Position numbers and translations under genes: made by a program. DNA of 53,633 nucleotides from a virus (taxonomy: Duplodnaviria; Caudoviricetes). The stretch is taken from positions 1 to 53,633 of IMG/VR virus record IMGVR_UViG_3300034039_000013; one strand, given 5' to 3'. The notes beneath the pieces are model-generated. The model was not told the origin of the DNA, made no database searches, and worked only from the letters and a program-made list of their open reading frames with translations. Of the stretch, positions 1 through 9,800 are shown in pieces; within the stretch, counting starts at the first letter, position 1, and the number at the start of each line of letters is the position of its first letter.

Positions 1-1065
1 ATAAGCAAGAAATACAAAGTTAGGGTTAAGACGGTTGCCAGCTTCTTTTATGACAGGGTTCAAGATGCGCTAACCGCCATGGAAAGTGTAGAGGAGCCGG
101 TAAGGCTTACTATGCTGGAACGCGGGGTTGTGCGACGCAAAGTCGAAGCCGATTTGACTAAATTTAAAGAGAAGGTAGAGAAGACAAAAGAGGAACGGAG
201 CGGCAGCCCTGCAAGGATTAAGGACATCTTAGCTAAGGCGGCTGTAGAGGATGTAGAAAAGGCTAGAGTGGTAACCAGCAGCGAGGTTAAACAGATCTCG
301 CCTAGACCGTTGCACGTCCCAGAAATGGACGAGAAGGCAAAGCTCGAGCTTGAATTTATTGAAAAGGCTCGTAAAGAGGCGGAAAAAATACGTCAACAGC
401 TTGCTGAGGAAAAGGAGCTTCAAGAGGAGGAGGATTCCTTAGTATTTGAAGAAGTGGATGTAGATAAAGCTGTAGAATATCTGGCTAATTCAGGGCCTCT
501 GACTAGAGCCAATCTGGCTAGGGTCATTTGGTCAAGCTCACCAATGAACAGCCATATAGACGGGACGGCCAGTATTCCTGTGACGGGCGCTCAGATTCAA
601 ACTATCGAGAGAATCTACGAGTTCCTTTACGAGTTTACTGAAGCCGTAAACAAAGGCTATCAAGAGTGTTGCATGAGAAAGGCTGACTTGCTTGCGCTGG
701 CTGAGCGGGCTAAGTCTATTAAGAAGCCGATGTCGCAGGTTAAACGAGATAAGAAATTTCAGGAGGTGTACAAAGAAATTCTGAAAAGGCCATTTGTGTT
801 TGATTTTTTACCTTCGTGGCATAATAATGTAGATCCAATTTTCTGGCAGGTCGAGGCTTTAGACAAATCTTGCCGAGACTGGGTAGCTAGGCATGTAAAC
901 GACGATGACGACAGTGCTGTTAGCAATCTTACTCCAGAGTTGATCGAGTCGCTGTTTAATACTACTTGGGACAAGCTGGATAAGAAGCAAGCCTTAGACA
1001 CAATAGACAAGCACTTGACGCAGCATTTGAATATGTTGGAGAAAAATATAGCCGTGGAGGAATAA
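1..1065 (+). CDS. Hypothetical protein, 5'-truncated by window edge
   Basis: The frame of ORF 79..1065 is open back to base 1; E/K-rich helical protein, no recognisable motif; its stop abuts the next ATG. Confidence 0.75.
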   Translation: MSKKYKVRVKTVASFFYDRVQDALTAMESVEEPVRLTMLERGVVRRKVEADLTKFKEKVEKTKEERSGSPARIKDILAKAAVEDVEKARVVTSSEVKQISPRPLHVPEMDEKAKLELEFIEKARKEAEKIRQQLAEEKELQEEEDSLVFEEVDVDKAVEYLANSGPLTRANLARVIWSSSPMNSHIDGTASIPVTGAQIQTIERIYEFLYEFTEAVNKGYQECCMRKADLLALAERAKSIKKPMSQVKRDKKFQEVYKEILKRPFVFDFLPSWHNNVDPIFWQVEALDKSCRDWVARHVNDDDDSAVSNLTPELIESLFNTTWDKLDKKQALDTIDKHLTQHLNMLEKNIAVEE

Positions 1066-1485
1066 ATGGCCACCTTGAAAAAGGGTAAGACACTTAGTTT
1101 GCCGAAAGGCGCATTTCAGATAAGAGAGGGAGATAACGGCGAACCAAAATTAGAAAAGAAGAAAAAAGTCTGTCTTGCTGTACACCCTGGCGGTAGACCT
1201 GTCTATATCTACCGCAATAGGCGGGGTAGCAAACCTAGACTTATTTCGTTAATCACATTGACTGATTTCGAAATAAAAAATAGCAGAGTCTCGTGGAGGG
1301 CTAGAACCCAGAGAGGCGAAATTTTTGAGGGAGGCGCTAGGATGGTACAAGTACCTGGAACTTACATTCGAATGACGCCCAAAATACCTATAACACTGCA
1401 CAAGCGTACGGCAGGATGGGCACCGGAATTTGTTTTAGAAGTAGACCATAGAGATTCAGTCACTATCTGGAAACCGAGGGGCTGA
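1066..1485 (+). CDS. Hypothetical basic protein
   Basis: 139 aa, GGAGG RBS, tightly packed in the operon. Confidence 0.75.
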   Translation: MATLKKGKTLSLPKGAFQIREGDNGEPKLEKKKKVCLAVHPGGRPVYIYRNRRGSKPRLISLITLTDFEIKNSRVSWRARTQRGEIFEGGARMVQVPGTYIRMTPKIPITLHKRTAGWAPEFVLEVDHRDSVTIWKPRG

Positions 1486-1487
1486 GA

Positions 1488-4364
1488 ATGAGTTATTACT
1501 ATTACATCACAGAATTAAAAGAGCCTTGGAAGGCAATACCAGAATCAGAAGACATCGAGGAACGATTGAAAGAGCTCAAGGCTAAGCATTGTACGATATT
1601 GTCGGTGTCTGAAATTGTTAAGGAAGATACCAATTTAGAAGAGCTGAAGTACAAGGGGCCTTTGTATTTTGATATTGATTTAGAGGGAGAGGTTGAAAAG
1701 GCGATAGAGTCTTGCCGTAATTTGGTAGACAAGCTGATAAATGTTTATGAGGTTCCAGAGAATCAAATAAAAATTTATTGCAGCGGGTCTAAAGGATTTC
1801 ATGTGATCGTTCACGAGAAGACGTTTTCTTCTGGCAGGCCGACTAAACTGCTGCCCAGAGTGTACGCGCACATGGCATCAGAAATGGACGTTGAGGGGTT
1901 AGACTTCGCTGTGTACTCAGCCAAGCGAGGACGCATGTGGCGTCTGCCTAATATACAGAGGGATAACGGCAAGTATAAAGTAGAGATTACCCTGCAAGAG
2001 CTTCAGGAGATGGATAAGGCCATGTATGAGGCAGTGTGCAGTTCGCCTAGACCACTGTCGTCTTGGCCCGCCACTGTCAAGAAATCCGAACCCCTGAAGA
2101 AATTGTTTGATCGTTGTAAATCTAGGGCACATAACGAAGCCAAAAAGGTTAGCCAAGAGAATGGGTTTGTAGACGAAGACTTAGAGGTCTTTGGCGATGA
2201 TCATCCGAACTGCGTTAAGAAGGTTTTGGCTTATGAAGGTTTAAAACCGGACACTCATTTTAACAACGCGGTGGTGCAGTTCTCTAGCTACCTAGCTAAC
2301 CGAGGTCTGTCCGAGGATGTGAAAGAACAGCTTATTCGGGAGTTTGCATCAAACTCTAAGTCGTCTAGGCATCCTACGGATCAGGCAAGATATATTGAGG
2401 TTAAAAGTAAGGTTCATTACACAAGGGCGTCCGGATATAAGTTTTTGTGTTCAGGGATGATTTCCATTTTAGAGGAGAACCCCTGTGAAGGTTGCCCGTT
2501 ACGCGGTAAAGGAGTCGCCGCAGCTTGTAGCGAGTTCTCTGAGCCAGAAGTTTTAGGGATATTGGCCGCAGAAAACGGCTATTATAAAGACGAAGTGCAA
2601 CTGTCTACGTTCACAATGGTACCCAGAAACCTTATTATGTTTGAAATGGATGAAGATGAAGGAGGTGGAGAGCGGGTAAAGGCTATAGAGGTCGATATTT
2701 ACTCTGACGGTGAGCCTATTCAGACGATTAAGCTCACAGACGAAGCATTTACCAGCAAACAGAAGTTTTTGAGTGAGATTCAGGGCATCAGTAAGGCGGT
2801 ATTCATGGGCAGTGAACAAGACTTACAGAAGATAAAGTACCATCTTCACCAGAATAAAGAGAAAGGTGATGTTGGTAGGATTATTGAAACGTACACTGCT
2901 GGTATAAATACCACCAGACGTGACAGTACTAAGCTGGTATACGTGGAGCCTAACTACAGCGTGGACTATAACTTTGTTACAGGTACGCACAAGTACGTAG
3001 GCAATCCACAGAATGCTCCGTGTATGCACACGATAGGGATGCCGCCTGAAACAGATGACCCAGAATTTAAGGAATTTTACAAAACAATCGAATGCTTGTT
3101 AGATATAAACAATCCTGCCGAGCTTGGCCTTATGCTTGGGTGGTTCTCTATTTGCCACTTGAGAAAGCATCTTGAATTAGCTAAGAGCGGCAGTAAAGAG
3201 TTCCCGATTTTATTTATCTACGGTAACGCAGGTAGCGGTAAGACTCAGACCGCGTCGCTTCTGTCTTACCTGCATAACGTAGATTACATGGCTACTGCCC
3301 CTACGAGTGTAGCCTCGATTACTGAGTGGGCGCTCATCGAGACTATCTCAAGTACGACAACGGTTCCAGTCATCCTGGACGAGTTTAACAAGCACAAGCT
3401 GTCGCAAAAGGCGTATAACAGCATAAGCGAAAAGTTGAAAATGGCTTGGGGGTCTCAGGTAATTTCCAGAGGTACGATCAAGCATATACCTGGATCAACT
3501 CAAGGAAGAACAGGGGCTAGGACGGTGAACATTCCTATCTCCAGCCCTTTGGTTGTTATCTCGGAACAGGCACCTCAAGAGTCTGCGTTGATCCAGCGGG
3601 GTTGTTTGGTACATCTTACCCGTCGTGGACGGTCTACCGGTAACAGGGAGCAGAATTTTATCCGCTGTCGTGAGAACAGAGACCATATAAGGATGCTGGG
3701 TCGGGCAATGGTATTTAAAGCTCTTATGAGCAAGGTGACCTATGCTGAAGAGTTGAAAGTAAGGTATAAGGATGTAGTTGATAATAGGATGCAGCCGCGG
3801 CCCAGATTGACTCTGCAACTGATATTGGGCGGTCTGGACTTCTTGAAAGAGACGCTAAAGGACTTGGATATAGACTTATCCGAAAGGATTGAGGAGATCA
3901 AGGGAGAGACCATCAAGTACATTAAAGACAAATACGAGGAGTTGCTTGTCATTCAGAACAAGTCTGAGGTCGATAGGTTCCTAGCTACGTTGTCGATAAT
4001 GGCGACGATGAAGAAGCTGGGGCAGAATACCTTGGTAGAAAAAGGTAGAACTTATCTGAGGGCAGATAAACTTCTTTACCTAGACTTGGAGTTGGCAGTA
4101 GCTGCTTATATCCAATACTGTAGTGCGACTAGGCAGAACCCTGTTATGGAGAACGTACATCAGTTAGCCGAGTTGATTAAGCAGGAAGATTACTGTCTAG
4201 GCTTGAAAGACGTGTGCGATCTTGATCCTACTTTTGGATCTGGCGGGCTGATAGCGGTTCTAGACGTCCAAGAAATGCAGAAAAAGAAGCTATCGGTTAA
4301 GTATTTCGAGGAGGGTAGGAGTGCCGACTCTATAATTGATGAGTCCTTGGGAGGCTTCCTATGA
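1488..4364 (+). CDS. Primase-helicase fusion (AEP primase + Cys-rich domain + P-loop helicase)
   Basis: AEP motifs LYFDID, SGSKGFH, RMWRLPN; Walker A GNAGSGKT, Walker B VILDEF. Confidence 0.85.
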   Translation: MSYYYYITELKEPWKAIPESEDIEERLKELKAKHCTILSVSEIVKEDTNLEELKYKGPLYFDIDLEGEVEKAIESCRNLVDKLINVYEVPENQIKIYCSGSKGFHVIVHEKTFSSGRPTKLLPRVYAHMASEMDVEGLDFAVYSAKRGRMWRLPNIQRDNGKYKVEITLQELQEMDKAMYEAVCSSPRPLSSWPATVKKSEPLKKLFDRCKSRAHNEAKKVSQENGFVDEDLEVFGDDHPNCVKKVLAYEGLKPDTHFNNAVVQFSSYLANRGLSEDVKEQLIREFASNSKSSRHPTDQARYIEVKSKVHYTRASGYKFLCSGMISILEENPCEGCPLRGKGVAAACSEFSEPEVLGILAAENGYYKDEVQLSTFTMVPRNLIMFEMDEDEGGGERVKAIEVDIYSDGEPIQTIKLTDEAFTSKQKFLSEIQGISKAVFMGSEQDLQKIKYHLHQNKEKGDVGRIIETYTAGINTTRRDSTKLVYVEPNYSVDYNFVTGTHKYVGNPQNAPCMHTIGMPPETDDPEFKEFYKTIECLLDINNPAELGLMLGWFSICHLRKHLELAKSGSKEFPILFIYGNAGSGKTQTASLLSYLHNVDYMATAPTSVASITEWALIETISSTTTVPVILDEFNKHKLSQKAYNSISEKLKMAWGSQVISRGTIKHIPGSTQGRTGARTVNIPISSPLVVISEQAPQESALIQRGCLVHLTRRGRSTGNREQNFIRCRENRDHIRMLGRAMVFKALMSKVTYAEELKVRYKDVVDNRMQPRPRLTLQLILGGLDFLKETLKDLDIDLSERIEEIKGETIKYIKDKYEELLVIQNKSEVDRFLATLSIMATMKKLGQNTLVEKGRTYLRADKLLYLDLELAVAAYIQYCSATRQNPVMENVHQLAELIKQEDYCLGLKDVCDLDPTFGSGGLIAVLDVQEMQKKKLSVKYFEEGRSADSIIDESLGGFL

Positions 4365-5977
4365 AGTTATCAGAGTACTTTGACGAGTCAGGTATTTTAG
4401 AGTATGCCGACTGGTCTAAAAATGTAGAGTTAAAGTTTACGCCTAAGTGGCATCAAATAACTGGGCTGTCACAGGCAGCCCACTTCAACCGGTTCGGGTT
4501 GTTTGATGAGCAAGGTTGCGGTAAAACTGTGGTGTGTCAGGCGTGGTTATCTTGGCTTGCTGGCTTTGGTAACAAGGCCATTGCGCTTATACCGCCGACG
4601 CTTATTACTCAGTTTTACAACGACTTTTTCTCAACGTTTATAGGGATAGATCAGTACCTCAAAATTGAGATGTTCAGAGGTACTGTCCCACAACGGAGAA
4701 GGATGGTCGAACGATGGGAAAAGGAAGGGTATCCTGACATCGTGTTGATGAGCTACCAGCTATTTCAAAAGTCGTTCTATACGAACAAAGAAATAGCTAA
4801 CGGAGCATCTAAAATTAGAACGTGGGCGTACTTCAAGAAGAAAGGTTACAACGTACTGGCTTGCGACGAAGCCACAATTTTGAAAAACGTTAACCTTACG
4901 CATAAAGCAGTAAGGCATTTTCTCGGAGACGAAAACGAATCGGCCTTGTTGCTGATGACTGGAACGCCTGCTGAGAATGCGTTAGTGGATTTATACGGGA
5001 TTATCAAATTGATAAACCCTAAAGCTTATGCAAATTATAGGTCTTTTGAGAGGTTGCATGTAATCAAAAACCCGTATAGCCCTTTCGATAACGACATTAT
5101 TGGTTACAAGAACAAAGATTTGCTCCACTCTAATTTGTACGCAAGAGGTAGGCGGGTTGAAAAGAAAGATGTGGTAAAGGATTTGCCACCAAAACTCTTT
5201 TCTGAAATTCTGGTGGAATTGGAACCTGCACACCTTTCGTTGTACAAGAAAGTGGCTAACGAGAGGTTGTTGGAAAAGGATGGGGAGTTGCATGATTTTA
5301 CTGAGCAGCAAAAACTTAGGCAAGCTCTTGGGCAGATTGTAAACAACCCTCATCTGTATGTGGATTCTGGAACCAAGCCGCCTAAGAACAATATGGAAGA
5401 GACGCTGTTTCAGCTCTTAGACTCTATTGGGTTGCAGAGTCATAAGGTATGTATCTTTATTTACTATAAAGCTACGGCAGATCGGCTGATGGATGTACTT
5501 AGGAAGTACAACCCAGCGCTGCTTAACAGTACGACTGCGAGCAGACGGGACAAAGAGATAAAGAAGTTCCTTGAGGACGATTCCTGTAGAGTTCTGATTA
5601 CTCAATACAGGTCTGGCGGCTACGGGCTAAACTTACAATCGGTATGTTCTCATATCATTTTTTATGAGCCAATCAGCGTTCCTGGACTGTTTGCTCAAGC
5701 CTGTGACCGTGTTCATCGGACAGGGCAGACGGAGGTTTGCAATATGTATGTATTGACGCCTCTGAAAACCGTGATGACCAAGATAAGGAACATGATGATT
5801 TCTAAGCACGAGGAGAACAAAGAAGTCACTATGGATACTTCCGACTTTAAAGCGGAAGTGCTCAATGGTGTTGACTTGGTTGGCGAAGTTACTGACGAAG
5901 GTCTTACATCTTCTGACGTGGTTTCTGTTGTTGATTCTGATGTGATAGAGGGAGGTGGCCATGTTTACTTGACATAA
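4361..5977 (+). CDS. SNF2-family (SF2) helicase
   Basis: DEQGCGKT, CDEAT, MTGTP, GGYGLNLQ, QACDRVHRTGQ. Confidence 0.9.
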   Translation: MKLSEYFDESGILEYADWSKNVELKFTPKWHQITGLSQAAHFNRFGLFDEQGCGKTVVCQAWLSWLAGFGNKAIALIPPTLITQFYNDFFSTFIGIDQYLKIEMFRGTVPQRRRMVERWEKEGYPDIVLMSYQLFQKSFYTNKEIANGASKIRTWAYFKKKGYNVLACDEATILKNVNLTHKAVRHFLGDENESALLLMTGTPAENALVDLYGIIKLINPKAYANYRSFERLHVIKNPYSPFDNDIIGYKNKDLLHSNLYARGRRVEKKDVVKDLPPKLFSEILVELEPAHLSLYKKVANERLLEKDGELHDFTEQQKLRQALGQIVNNPHLYVDSGTKPPKNNMEETLFQLLDSIGLQSHKVCIFIYYKATADRLMDVLRKYNPALLNSTTASRRDKEIKKFLEDDSCRVLITQYRSGGYGLNLQSVCSHIIFYEPISVPGLFAQACDRVHRTGQTEVCNMYVLTPLKTVMTKIRNMMISKHEENKEVTMDTSDFKAEVLNGVDLVGEVTDEGLTSSDVVSVVDSDVIEGGGHVYLT

Positions 5978-5997
5978 AAGATCGGTTGTCCTAAAGT
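5969..5997 (+). promoter_or_regulatory. Sigma70-type promoter
   Basis: TTGACA-17 nt-TAAAGT ahead of one of the few intergenic gaps of the early arm. Confidence 0.7.
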
Positions 5998-6069
5998 AGA
6001 ACCGTCTGGTTAATACCAGACCAATGCTAACGTAACTGCCAATGCTAAACTAACAGAGGAGCATTCATT

Positions 6070-6792
6070 ATGGCACTTAAAAAAGGTAAGACTGCGCCTG
6101 TAGTCGAAGAAGCAATTGTTGAAGACGTAGAGGTCGATGCTACTGCCGATGAGAAAGTCAATCCACCGCAAGAGGCTGTCCAAAAAGCACCAAAAGCTTC
6201 GGTACCTGCTACGCAGACGCAAAGTTCAGTACCAGCAGAGCACAACCCTCAAGGTAGTGTCCTAGCCAGCGCAGAGCAAGCTGGATTTGAAGGCTTGGGA
6301 ATCAGCTTCGGTTCATTCCCTGTCTTGAAGCTGGACAAAGGTACCTTTGTACTGGACGACCAAGAGCTTGAGGAAAAATCTATCGAGGTAGTTCTTCTGC
6401 AAAGTCGTCCTAAGTATATTTACAAAGAGTCTGGTGCAGAAAGCACAGACGTATTTGTATACTCGTACGACCAGCGCACTACAACCAACGGGGCCGACCT
6501 TAACGCTTGGTTGCAAGAGCAAGCAGCCAACGGAATCAAGGTTGAAGTTAAGGAATACCTTGAAGTCTTGGCCGAGGTCGTAACTCCAGAGGACTACGAA
6601 GGAGAATTGATTATCATGTCAATTCCGCCGACAAGTCGGGCTCGTTTCTCTGGTTACGTCGTCAAACTCCTGCACAAAACCGGCTTACAGCCTAACAAAG
6701 TGGTCACGCAGGTTAGCGTAGGTCCACGGCTTCGTAAGGGTACTATCTCTTGGAACCCTTGGAAGTTCAGCTACGTTCGTCCGGTAGAGTAA
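6070..6792 (+). CDS. Putative ssDNA-binding/annealing protein
   Basis: Lies between helicase and polymerase with its own promoter, strong RBS and terminator; aromatic beta-rich core. Function inferred from context only. Confidence 0.4.
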   Translation: MALKKGKTAPVVEEAIVEDVEVDATADEKVNPPQEAVQKAPKASVPATQTQSSVPAEHNPQGSVLASAEQAGFEGLGISFGSFPVLKLDKGTFVLDDQELEEKSIEVVLLQSRPKYIYKESGAESTDVFVYSYDQRTTTNGADLNAWLQEQAANGIKVEVKEYLEVLAEVVTPEDYEGELIIMSIPPTSRARFSGYVVKLLHKTGLQPNKVVTQVSVGPRLRKGTISWNPWKFSYVRPVE

Positions 6793-6801
6793 CAAGCACT
6801 T

Positions 6802-6829
6802 CGGCGGGCTTACCGCCCGCCGTATTTCT
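6802..6829 (+). terminator. Intrinsic terminator (weak U tract)
   Basis: CGGCGGGC-TTACC-GCCCGCCG followed by TATTTCT. Confidence 0.65.
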
Positions 6830-6849
6830 GTAGAGATTGGGAGATCATT

Positions 6850-9800
6850 ATGCAAGTGATAGACGCCACCGATGCTTTGAAAAGCTTAAAGGAGATCTGT
6901 CAGAACCCTGATAAAGATTTGCTGCTTATAGACGCTAGAGGGCAAGCTTTGCGTTGCCTGTTGGGAGGCAAAGACCCAGACGGTCTGACTGACGAGAATG
7001 GTAACAACTGCAATAGCGCCGAGTTCGGAGTAAGAAACTTTTTGCAATATGTGCTTCTGCCAGCAATCGACGAGTATGGAGTACACAACATAATCATGGT
7101 ATGGGAAGGCGGCAACGATCGGCGTCGAGCCATCTTCCCTGAGTATAAGGCTAATCGAAAAGAACCTACAGAGTTAGTAAGTCAAGAAATTGAGCGTTGT
7201 CTCAAATACATAAAATCGCTGGCGGCTGGACTTGGAATTTTACAATGCGCTGCGCCTACCTGCGAGGCGGACGACCTTATTGCATTGTTCTGTGAGTCAG
7301 TTGATCGCAATATCGACATCATGACTAACGATGCTGACCTTGCTCAGCTTGTTAGAGATTACGACAACAAGGTTGTCACTGTCATTGTCGGGGAAAATGT
7401 AATCACTGATGAATACAAAGGCATCCCGACGCACTTGATAGCTTTGTATAAGTCGCTCGTGGGGGACTCGTCTGACGGCTACCCTGGGATCAAAGGCTTC
7501 GGCCAGAAAGCCTGGGACTCCCTCGTAGAGGAGTATGGCTGGGACGGACTTGAGGAGTTGGATCGCATCGTTGCCAGCCAAGACTTCAAGGCGCTAGACG
7601 AAGTTGAGATGAACGCGGCTTTGAAAAAGATTCATGCCAACGTTCAGCAGTGGTGGAAGTCTTACCTTCTGGCCAAGCTGCATCCTGAATGGGTTGGCAA
7701 GCCGTTCATGGGCAAAACCCGCCCTATTCAATGGTTCCAGAGGGTTCCAAATAAAGCCAGAGTGCAAACTGTACTGGAGGCCGTAGGCGTACCAGAGATA
7801 TTGGAAGATTTGGAAGTCGTACTTCCAAACTATCTGCTTGTTGACTCTGAAGTCTACGATTCAGAATTTGAAAAGGAGCTTTATAAAGAGATTAAAAATT
7901 CTCCGTTTATCGCACTGGACTTTGAGACGTATGACCCAGAAGACCCGTATGGAAACGAAAAGCGGCAATCAGTAGATGTGTTGTCTCATGTGGCTACTGG
8001 TGCATCGCTGACCTTCGGGGCGAATCTGGAAAACACAGTGTACCTGACGTTCCGTCATAAGGATTCGTACAACTTGGATCGCAGTGTGCTGACGAAAATC
8101 ATAGAGAAGGCAAACGAGTACGAGGTACCTGTAGTTGCACACAGCAGTCAGTTCGAGCTTGAAATCTTGCATCATGATTTCAACGTTCAGCCGAAGGTGC
8201 ACTACGATACTCAGCATATGGCCAGATTTGCTGAGGAGAATAAGCCGAACGATTTGAAATCTCTATCGTTCGAGTGGCTTAAGTACAAACAGAAAACTTA
8301 TAGCGAAACCGTAGGCGATAAAGGCCATATGGCCAATTTGACGGCTGAGGAAGCAGCATTCCCGTATGGCTGCGACGACGCTATTGTGACGGCTATGTTG
8401 TACAAGCTGTTCACAATTATCTTGCAGGTGGAAGGTACGCTTAAGTTCTACCAAGAGAACATTCCGGCGGCTCAAGAAGTCATGCTGAACTCTCGTCGCC
8501 AAGGTGTGTATGTCTCCATACCACACCTTAAAGAGTACGAACAGGACGATAACAAGGAGTTTGAAGAATGCATGGGAAAGCTTAAACCGCTGCTCGCAAA
8601 ACACTGTGCTCAAGGGCCTAAGCGGGCAGCGGTTCATCGGTTCCTGAATGCGGACTTTGTTCCATACATGCAGGCAACCATAACCGATCCTAAGGCTCTT
8701 GAAGAAAAGATCGAGAAAGAAGCGGAAGCCATTATAAGCTACTGTACTTACACTGATTACGAGGTTCATGAGGAAGAGCCTAATTGGGTTCCGACTCCTA
8801 CTAAATTCTCTGCGGCATGTGCCAAGCTTGGCCTGCCACCGGTAGAGAAAATAAACGTAACCTATATCAGTGAGTACATAGAAGGGTTAACGCAGGATGA
8901 GACGATAGAGCTGACAGCAGACCAGCGTAAATTCTTGCGCTTGTTGGGAGAAGCCGCGGCCTCTTTAAGAAGTAGAAAGGGTCGGGAGTACGAGGCGTTA
9001 AAGAAGTTCTGTATCAAAGTAACTGGCATGAAGGGTAAGCTAATTGAGACCGGAACTAAGATCGATCTCGGCTCTCCGAAGAAAATGCAGTGGCTTCTAT
9101 ACGTTATGTTGGATCTACCTGTTAGAGTACGTTCAGACGTAGCTTATGGAAGCAAGCGTCACAAACTCGGACTGGAAGGCTCTCCGGCTACGGACGCTAA
9201 AGCTATTTCCGCAGCCTTGGCGTTTGACGTAAAAGATGGCGATTGGAGAAAAGAGGCCCTAGAGTTGATTAAGAAGATGAAGGACATCAACACTCGTCGC
9301 AGCTTCTACTTCAAGAGCTATCCAGAGCTGGTGAGTAAGAAGGACGGTCGGATGCACCCAAGTTTTAGCTTGGTGTCTACCGTGACACGTCGTCCTACTT
9401 GTACTGCTCCGAACATTTTGCAGGTAAGTTCCGGCAAAGACGACTTCAGGCTGCGTAAGTGCTTCTCTGGCGCGTATACAGAGAAGGTGACAGGCTACGA
9501 TGATACTTACTTGGTTGTATGTATTGACTTCTCTCAACAGGAGCTTCGTATTTTGGCTTCTGAATGTAAAGACGAGAAGCTGATTCGATGCTACGTAGGC
9601 GATCCTGACCAAAGGCTGGACGTGCATACTTTATCAACGGTGAGTATCTACAACAAAACTCACAGCAAGCCCATAACTTATGAGCAGGCTGTGAAAGAGA
9701 TGAAAGAGGAAACCGAACTTGGTAAAGAGCTCTCTCTCATTCGTAAGAAGAAAGCAAAGCCTGTAAACTTTGCTATTGTTTACGGAGGCACAGAGCACAC

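Noticed and set aside
8608-9050. Intein in the DNA polymerase
   Set aside because: No terminal His-Asn followed by Cys/Ser/Thr and no LAGLIDADG motif
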